The notes beneath the pieces were generated by a model. It searched no databases. It worked only from the letters and a program-made list of their open reading frames with translations, and was not told the DNA's origin. A DNA stretch of 34,158 nucleotides. Origin: Thermoplasmatota archaeon. Its GTDB lineage: Archaea; Thermoplasmatota; Thermoplasmata; Thermoplasmatales; ARK-15. Shown here piece after piece: positions 17,161 to 24,012 of the stretch; within the stretch, counting starts at the first letter, position 1; every line of letters starts with the position of its first letter. Position numbers and translations under genes: made by a program. Location of the stretch: the NCBI GenBank assembly GCA_031961605.1, contig JAVRLH010000002.1, positions 1 to 34,158 of the forward strand, in the 5' to 3' direction.

Positions 17161-18447
17161 CTAACTTTTACTTTGCTTATTGCCGAAATAATCCATGGTT
17201 ATTATCTTCTGCTCTCCCGTTTGCATATTTTTAAGTTTCAATGTGCCCGTCTTTATTTCTTCATCACCTATAATTATTATATATTTTGCCCCTATTTTAT
17301 CAGCATACCTTAGCTGCCATGAAAGCCCTTTTCCTGTAAGATCAATATCAGCAGTATAACCCCTTTTCCTTAGTTCACTCAAAACTTTTATGGCATAGCC
17401 TCTATTTTCACCCTGAATTGCTATGAAATAATCAACACTTTCTTCATATTCTGGCCAAAGCCTCTCTCTTTTTAGTAAAAGTTCTAAAACGGAATCACCC
17501 ATTCCAAAACCTACGGCAGGTACCTTTTCAGCACCAAAAAGTTCAACAACGTTGTCGTATCTTCCACCGCCTAAAATTGCTCTGAATTCACCTTTTTTAT
17601 CATGCGCTTCAAAAACAATACCTGTGTAATATGCAAGTCCCCTGACAATTGAAAAATCAAATATGAATTCCCCGTATCCGTATTCTACCAAAGTATCCTG
17701 AAGATTTGAAAGAATTTCAATTCTTGGATCTGAAGCAACAATTGAAGAAACTCTTTTTTCTATGTCGCTGAAACTTCCTTTTACATTTATAATTTCCAAA
17801 ATTTCTTTTGCTTTTTCATCATCACTCAAAGATACCAATTCACGATAAAATGTTTTTTCATCAACCCTTCCCATTCTATCAATAACTCTTAGAATACTTT
17901 CAACATTATTAACACCTATTTTTACCAGAATATTTTCCATAAGTATTCTATCACTTATTCTCATAACATATTTTCCTTTCAGACCTAATGAATCTAGTAT
18001 TGCCATGGCAAGTGAAATTACCTCACCATCTGATGCTATATTATTCGATCCAAATATATCTGCATTGTACTGGTAAAACTCTCTTAGTCTCCCGGACTGG
18101 GGTTCCTCGTATCTCCATAACTTTGGTATGGAGAACCATTTAATTGGCCTGAGAAAATTCTTTCTCTGGGCAACCATTCTGGAAACAGATGGTGTGATTT
18201 CAGGAACAAGGGTTATTTCTCTACCTCCCTTATCAATGAATGAAAATGTTTGCCTCACGATTTCTTCTCCACTCTTTATCTTGAATATTTCAAGGGGTTC
18301 AACACTGGGTGTTTCAATTTCTTTAAAATTAAAAATTCTGGATATTTCTCTCATTTTTTTGAAAATTTCAAGTCTTGGACCCATATCTTCAGGATAGAAT
18401 TCCCTGAAACCTCTAAGTTTCTGCAGATTTTCCATTCCATTCACCAT
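17161..18447 (-). CDS. hisS: Histidyl-tRNA synthetase
   Basis: Class II aaRS motifs (RGFREFYP, LWRYEEPQSGRLREFYQ, GGGRYD) plus a C-terminal anticodon-binding domain. The start may instead be the internal ATG at 18435. Confidence 0.9.
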   Translation of the reverse strand: MVNGMENLQKLRGFREFYPEDMGPRLEIFKKMREISRIFNFKEIETPSVEPLEIFKIKSGEEIVRQTFSFIDKGGREITLVPEITPSVSRMVAQRKNFLRPIKWFSIPKLWRYEEPQSGRLREFYQYNADIFGSNNIASDGEVISLAMAILDSLGLKGKYVMRISDRILMENILVKIGVNNVESILRVIDRMGRVDEKTFYRELVSLSDDEKAKEILEIINVKGSFSDIEKRVSSIVASDPRIEILSNLQDTLVEYGYGEFIFDFSIVRGLAYYTGIVFEAHDKKGEFRAILGGGRYDNVVELFGAEKVPAVGFGMGDSVLELLLKRERLWPEYEESVDYFIAIQGENRGYAIKVLSELRKRGYTADIDLTGKGLSWQLRYADKIGAKYIIIIGDEEIKTGTLKLKNMQTGEQKIITMDYFGNKQSKS

Positions 18448-18693
18448 AAAAAGCTAAATCTTTCTGGGGTTAAAATATTTTTTATTTAAATATGTTTTTC
18501 ATATGCAATATTCCTACAAATTCTTCAGATTAAATAATCTAAGGATTTTTTTGTAAAAATAATAAGCCCGGAGCGATAACCTTAAAATTAAATAAATTTT
18601 GAAATAATATTTGTTCCATGAGAATAGTGTTATAAAACATCTAATAAATTTATATTCTTAGTTTGTATTAGATTATTTGAGGACTGATACTGA

Positions 18694-19926
18694 ATGACAG
18701 AGATAACAACTCTTCAAATATTCTATTTCTTTGCCATACTAGGATTTATTCTTGTAATTGCTAGGATCATGGGATTTGTAAGTGAAAGGTTTTTTGGTCT
18801 TCCTACTGTTTTGGGTGAAATTATCACAGGTATTTTTATTGGACCATTTGCTCTGGGACATTTCCTTTTCCCCACAGGGGGTATTTTTGCTCCTTTAACA
18901 CCAGAAATTCCTGTTCCTTCTACACTTTACATGTTTGGGCAGGTTGGTGTTGTAATTCTTCTTTTTTACATTGGTCTAGAGAGTGATATTGACAGATTTA
19001 TAAAAGGTTCTTTTTACGGAACCATTGCAGCCCTATCGGAAGCAACATTGTCATTCATACTTGTTACACTTTTTGTTTACTGGTATAGCAAAGAGATTTT
19101 GACTTCACTTTTTATGGGTGCTATTTTAGTAAGTACATCATTAGGTATAACGGTTAGAGTACTCAAAGATTTGAAAAAATTAAATTCAAAGGAAGGTATG
19201 GGAATACTCGTAATAGGAGTTTATGATGATATTATTGGTATAATTTTCTTTATAACCGTGATGAACATAGCTTCAAGCGTATTCAACTTTCAATCTATTC
19301 TTTTTACAATAGTTGAAGTAATTGTCTTCATTGTAATTTTCATAATTGTTGGTACGAGGCTAAACCTATGGATTTCCAGAATATTAGGTTTATTTAAACA
19401 CAGAGAAACAAGATTTGCGTTGGTTATAACCGTACTATTTCTTTTAACAGTTCTTACTATTCAGCTTGGCTTTACTATGGTTCTTGGATCCTTCATTTTC
19501 GGTCTTGCACTTTCTAAAATTAAGCAGAAGGAAGAAATTCTTCATGACCTTTCGGGACTATACGAATTCTTTGTTCCTGTTTTCTTTGTTACAGTTGGTA
19601 TGATGATGAATTTGAAATTTATATTTACAAGTGTTGTTGTTACATCAATAATTTTCATTGGTGCATATTTAGGGAAGGTTGTAGGGGCAGCCATTCCATC
19701 AATGCACTTTGGTTTTTCTGTTAAAGAATCCTTCAGGATAGGTAATGCATTATTACCACGTGCAGAGGTGCCTTTGATTGTTTCATCCATAGCACTTGTT
19801 CAGGGTTATATATCAGAACAGTTTTATAATGTATCCATACTTATGGTTTTAATAACCATAATACTGGGGCCAATTTTATATGTAAAACTTTCAAAGGAGG
19901 AAAAAAATGAAGGGAATAATGCTTAG
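18694..19926 (+). CDS. Cation:proton antiporter, CPA2 (Kef/NapA-type) membrane domain
   Basis: 410-aa polytopic ORF with Na+/H+ exchanger family patterns (LGEIITGIFIGP, GLESD). No C-terminal KTN/RCK domain. Confidence 0.8.
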   Translation: MTEITTLQIFYFFAILGFILVIARIMGFVSERFFGLPTVLGEIITGIFIGPFALGHFLFPTGGIFAPLTPEIPVPSTLYMFGQVGVVILLFYIGLESDIDRFIKGSFYGTIAALSEATLSFILVTLFVYWYSKEILTSLFMGAILVSTSLGITVRVLKDLKKLNSKEGMGILVIGVYDDIIGIIFFITVMNIASSVFNFQSILFTIVEVIVFIVIFIIVGTRLNLWISRILGLFKHRETRFALVITVLFLLTVLTIQLGFTMVLGSFIFGLALSKIKQKEEILHDLSGLYEFFVPVFFVTVGMMMNLKFIFTSVVVTSIIFIGAYLGKVVGAAIPSMHFGFSVKESFRIGNALLPRAEVPLIVSSIALVQGYISEQFYNVSILMVLITIILGPILYVKLSKEEKNEGNNA

Positions 19927-20887
19927 AAGGAATTACATTCAGAGAATAATAGGTAAGAATGTTTTTATAATCACACAAAAAAACAGATTTTCAAGATTAC
20001 TCTCCGAGAGCTTGAATTTTTCTTATTTGTTAATATTCAACAATGATATGAAATTTATAATTCATCCCTCGCAGGAAGATGGATCCATAGAAAATGAAAA
20101 TCTAGAAATAACTCTTGATCCAGCTGGCAGAGTAAAACAATTAACGGAGGGAATAAAAGTATATTCTACAGAACGTTTGGATGAAGAAGGAATCAAAACG
20201 GAACTAATTAATTTGGATCATATTTTTAGAAAACCATATCCCGATGAATTGAAAATTATTAAAGAAGGATACGAAACAATTGACAAAGCATTTTCCAGTG
20301 CAGTAAGGAAAATAAGTATTGGTATGAGGGAATTTGAGATCAGGGCTGAATTTGAATACGAAATAATGAAGAATGGTTTTGATGGCTTTGTTTATCCAAG
20401 CGTTATACTTTCGGGAGAAAGATCATCTTTTCCCATATCATTCACATCAAACAATGTATTTAAAGAGAATGATATTCTCCAGATTGATCTCTCTCCAATT
20501 TACAGAGGTTTTGGTCTTCATATGGCAAGGGTGATATTTTCTTCCCTTACGGATGAAATTGAAAATGCCTGGATGATATACAATAAATCCTTTAATATCA
20601 TTGAGGATCTTTTGAAACCAGGTACAGTTTCTTCAAAAATAGATGAAAGAATTAGATCATTTCTTTCAGAAAAGGGTTTTCAATATTTCCACTACACAGG
20701 TTTTCCCCTTTACAACTTTTCAAAACCTTACATATATCCTGATTCAGGTGATTCATTGGAGAGGGACATGATTTTTGTTATCTCACCAGGTCTTTATGTG
20801 AAGAAAAAGTATGGATTCAGGGTGAAAAGAACTGTGAGAATCACTGATCATTCCTTTGAAACACTCGATAAATTCGGTACAGAATAA
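19907..20887 (+). CDS. M24 (creatinase/prolidase-fold) family protein, predicted catalytically inactive
   Basis: 326 aa that aligns clearly with the prolidase C-terminal pita-bread domain. Of the five metal ligands only the first Asp (QIDLS) is kept: D->H (GLHMARV), H->F (TGFPLY), E->S (VISPGLY) and E->K (FRVKRTV). GGAGG lies 7 nt upstream of ATG 19907. The gene overlaps the antiporter by 20 nt. Confidence 0.75.
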   Translation: MKGIMLRRNYIQRIIGKNVFIITQKNRFSRLLSESLNFSYLLIFNNDMKFIIHPSQEDGSIENENLEITLDPAGRVKQLTEGIKVYSTERLDEEGIKTELINLDHIFRKPYPDELKIIKEGYETIDKAFSSAVRKISIGMREFEIRAEFEYEIMKNGFDGFVYPSVILSGERSSFPISFTSNNVFKENDILQIDLSPIYRGFGLHMARVIFSSLTDEIENAWMIYNKSFNIIEDLLKPGTVSSKIDERIRSFLSEKGFQYFHYTGFPLYNFSKPYIYPDSGDSLERDMIFVISPGLYVKKKYGFRVKRTVRITDHSFETLDKFGTE

Positions 20888-20901
20888 AACTTTAGAATTC
20901 A

Positions 20902-21102
20902 CTGACATACTCTCCGCATTCAAATGCGAAGGTTCAGGGTATAGGTTGTTTTGGCTATCACAACCATTTCACCCCTGTACTCGCCGTGTCCCGACGAGAG
21001 AGCTTTATGCTCTGGTTTATTATATACAAAGTTACTATATTAACATTTCGGCGATTCATCCCCGCTTTAAAAAGTGAGGCTTTCTTGCCGTGTTTTCGTA
21101 AA
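20902..21102 (+). repeat. Family A element, full-length copy (A3)
   Basis: Begins ctgacatactctccgcattcaaatgcg and ends gccgtgttttcgtaaa. Hairpins lie at 20915-20928, 20939-20980 (nested), 20999-21013 and 21074-21088. The element ends 31 nt before ATG 21134. Confidence 0.85.
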
Positions 21103-21111
21103 TTATTTATA
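21103..21111 (+). promoter_or_regulatory. TATA-like box (ttatttata) ~26 nt upstream of ATG 21134
   Basis: Starts directly after the last base of repeat A3. The geometry fits a leaderless promoter. Confidence 0.35.
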
Positions 21112-21133
21112 CAGATGAAACTTTTGATTAACC

Positions 21134-21427
21134 ATGGGATTCAGCAAAGATCCTGTTGAAATTGTCAGGAAAGAAAAATTCACAAAAGAGGAAATCAGAA
21201 TGGCAATAAGGAATGATATTGCTGCTGAGATTGATGCAATGAATTTCTATTTAACACAGGCATCCATGATTGATGATGATCTTGTTAAGAAAGTTTTGCT
21301 TGACATAGCCATGGAGGAAAAGGTGCATCTTGGCGAATTCCTGACACTTCTAAAGAAACTGGATGATGAACAGGTAAAGGCCATTGAAAAAGGCGAAGAG
21401 GAAGTTAAAGAAATGGAAAAAGAGTGA
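21134..21427 (+). CDS. Encapsulated-ferritin-like (EncFtn / rubrerythrin-like two-helix) mini-ferritin
   Basis: 97 aa. AAEIDAMNFY ... MEEKVHLGEF matches the Glu/Tyr + ExxH half-site pattern of EncFtn-type proteins. The acidic C-terminus (EEVKEMEKE) carries no obvious cargo-loading peptide. Confidence 0.65.
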   Translation: MGFSKDPVEIVRKEKFTKEEIRMAIRNDIAAEIDAMNFYLTQASMIDDDLVKKVLLDIAMEEKVHLGEFLTLLKKLDDEQVKAIEKGEEEVKEMEKE

Positions 21428-21430
21428 AAC

Positions 21431-22621
21431 ATGCTTTCCTGGATCGATAATAATGGTAAAATCATTCTTTTAGCAAAGAGTATAAGGGTATTTTCCTATG
21501 GTTTTCTGAGCATTGTCCTTCCCTTTTATCTTCGATATTTGGGTTATTCTGCAACAACTGTTGGCATTATTGTTACACTTGCCGTACTATCAAACGCAAT
21601 TTTCAATATAATTGTTGGCAAATATGGTGAAAGGTTTGGGAGAAACACAACCTTGAGAATTTTCTCCATATTGATGATAATATCATCCATTCTTCTTCTC
21701 ATACCAAATATTATTACAATTATTTTTGCAGCTATTTTCGGTATAATAAGTGTTACAGGAACTGAAACAGGCCCATTTCTAAGCGTTGAGCAATCCGCAC
21801 TAACAAAATTTGTAAGGGATGAAAAAAGAACCCTTCTCTTTTCAATCTACAATTTTCTTGGATATTCCGCCTCGTCCCTTGGCGCACTCTTCCCTAATGT
21901 TCCTTATCATTTCTTTCCAAAAAATCTTTCCTACATATCAATGATAATACTTTATGGATTTGTTGGTTTGATCCTTTATTTCCTTTACTGGAAAATTGGT
22001 CAATCCATTGAGCTTAATTTTGAAAGGAAAAATGTTAAGATTTCAGATGAAACAAAGAAAAAGATAATAAAATTATCACTGCTTTTCTCCATGGATGCAT
22101 TTGGTGGAGGATTCATTCTTCAATCAATACTTGTTCTATGGTTCAATTACAAATTTGGATTGAACATAGAGACACAAACCTGGATATTTTTTGGTGGTGG
22201 CATGATAACTGCATTATCATTTTTCCTTGCTGAAAGAATTGCAAAAAAAATAGGTCTTCTGAACACAATGGTTTTTACGCATATACCCTCAAATGTTTTC
22301 CTATTACTGATTTCATTTGCAACATCTCCATTTATAGCTGTTATCCTACTTTTTCTTAGACAATCACTTTCACAGATGGATGTCCCAACCAGACAGTCCT
22401 ATACAATGGCAATAGTTAAACCTGAAGAAAGAACGGCAACCTCAGCAATAACAAACATACCAAGGAGCATAAGCCAGGCTGGAAGCCCATATCTATCATC
22501 ATATGCAATAAGTATTGGTAGTTATTCCATACCATTCATTCTTTCAGGATCAATTAAAATAATTTATGACATTCTGATTTTTCTTACGTTCAGAAAAATA
22601 AAACCTCCTGAAGAAAACTAA
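21431..22621 (+). CDS. MFS-type transporter
   Basis: 396 aa with about 12 predicted hydrophobic segments in a 6+6 layout around a central basic loop. Starts 3 nt after the upstream stop. Confidence 0.7.
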   Translation: MLSWIDNNGKIILLAKSIRVFSYGFLSIVLPFYLRYLGYSATTVGIIVTLAVLSNAIFNIIVGKYGERFGRNTTLRIFSILMIISSILLLIPNIITIIFAAIFGIISVTGTETGPFLSVEQSALTKFVRDEKRTLLFSIYNFLGYSASSLGALFPNVPYHFFPKNLSYISMIILYGFVGLILYFLYWKIGQSIELNFERKNVKISDETKKKIIKLSLLFSMDAFGGGFILQSILVLWFNYKFGLNIETQTWIFFGGGMITALSFFLAERIAKKIGLLNTMVFTHIPSNVFLLLISFATSPFIAVILLFLRQSLSQMDVPTRQSYTMAIVKPEERTATSAITNIPRSISQAGSPYLSSYAISIGSYSIPFILSGSIKIIYDILIFLTFRKIKPPEEN

Positions 22622-22648
22622 ATATAATATTATACATTTCAAATCATA

Positions 22649-23962
22649 ATGGACAGGTATGTTATTGATCCATGGGTTTCACACCAGTACAAGGATTACA
22701 AAAAATTGAGGGATGAGTTTGGTATTGAAACATTTGATTTTCAGATCCCTGAACTTAAGGGTATATTCACAAGGGGTGTAATCTTCGGCCACAGGGGTTT
22801 TCAGTCTGTTTACAATGCAATAAGAAAAGGAAAGAAATTTACAATTCTTACAGGTTTAATGCCATCGGGCAAGATGCATCTTGGACATAAACTGGTCATT
22901 GATCAGATTATAAATTATCAGAAAATTGGAGCAAGGGGATACATTGCAGTTGCGGATCTTGAAGCATATGCAACAAGGAACGTAAGCCTTGAAAGGGGTC
23001 ATGAAATTGCAATAAGGGATTATGTACTAAATTATCTTGCCCTTGGAGTTGATCCTGAAAGAACACAGGTCTATTTTCAATCAAAAAGAAAAAGTGTAAT
23101 TGATTTGGCACTGATATTTCAGAAAAGGATAAACCTCAACGAAATGAAGGAAATTTATGGTTTCAGGGACGATTCAAACCTTCTTCATCTTGAATCCCCT
23201 CTAATTCAGCTTGGTGATATTCTTCATGTTCAGCTTGGTAAATATGAAGGTCCATGCCCAACGGTTGTTCCTGTTGGTGTGGACCAGGATCCACACATCA
23301 GACTCTCAAGGGAACTGGTAAAAAGAAACAGAATATACAGCATTGTGGAACAGGATGGAAAAATTGCCATATTTTACAAGGGTGAGGATACAGAAAAATT
23401 CTTTTCATTGACAAAAGAAAAATTGAAAACTATTGGTTTTGAAAAGTTCAGGGAAAACGTTCCTTACAAAGCACTCTACATTGATGATTCAATGGCTGAA
23501 AGTAAGTACAATATTGAAGAAATCATGACTGGTATTGAGAAAGAATTTGGTGGATTTGGTTTCTATGAACCAAGTTCCACATATCATAGATTCATGAGCG
23601 GCCTTAATGGCGGGAAGATGTCATCATCCGATCCATCAAGCTATATTTCAATTGATGATGATCCAAATACAGCTTCAAAGAAGGTAATGAACGCAAAGAC
23701 GGGTGGAGCTGTTTCAGCTGAAGAACAGAGAAGGGTTGGTGGTAAGCCTGAGGAATGTTCCGTATATGAATTATACCTTTATCATCTCGCTGAAGATGAT
23801 AACTATCTGAAAGAAATTTACAGATCATGCAGATCTGGAGAAAGGTTATGCGGTGAATGCAAAAGGGAAGCTGCAGAATTATTGAAAAATTTTTTAATAA
23901 ATCTGAAGGAAAAAAGGGAAGAAAGGGAACACCTTGTGAAGGAAATAGTGAAGAATGAATGA
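22649..23962 (+). CDS. trpS: Tryptophanyl-tRNA synthetase (archaeal type)
   Basis: Class I motifs: HIGH-like GKMHLGH, GVDQDPHIRL and KMSKS-like KMSSS. There is an ~85-aa insertion before KMSSS and a C-terminal C-x23-C-x6-C-x2-C motif. Confidence 0.9.
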   Translation: MDRYVIDPWVSHQYKDYKKLRDEFGIETFDFQIPELKGIFTRGVIFGHRGFQSVYNAIRKGKKFTILTGLMPSGKMHLGHKLVIDQIINYQKIGARGYIAVADLEAYATRNVSLERGHEIAIRDYVLNYLALGVDPERTQVYFQSKRKSVIDLALIFQKRINLNEMKEIYGFRDDSNLLHLESPLIQLGDILHVQLGKYEGPCPTVVPVGVDQDPHIRLSRELVKRNRIYSIVEQDGKIAIFYKGEDTEKFFSLTKEKLKTIGFEKFRENVPYKALYIDDSMAESKYNIEEIMTGIEKEFGGFGFYEPSSTYHRFMSGLNGGKMSSSDPSSYISIDDDPNTASKKVMNAKTGGAVSAEEQRRVGGKPEECSVYELYLYHLAEDDNYLKEIYRSCRSGERLCGECKREAAELLKNFLINLKEKREEREHLVKEIVKNE

Positions 23963-24012
23963 TAACAAAATTTAAGAACAGTTTTAATTTAAACTGAAAA
24001 AAGGTGGAACAA

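Noticed and set aside
20856-21077. 73-aa ORF overlapping repeat A3
   Set aside because: The ORF lies almost entirely inside the family A repeat. The A2 copy has 1-nt indels and substitutions that break this frame, and the A1 copy deletes half of it. Conservation is therefore not protein-coding.
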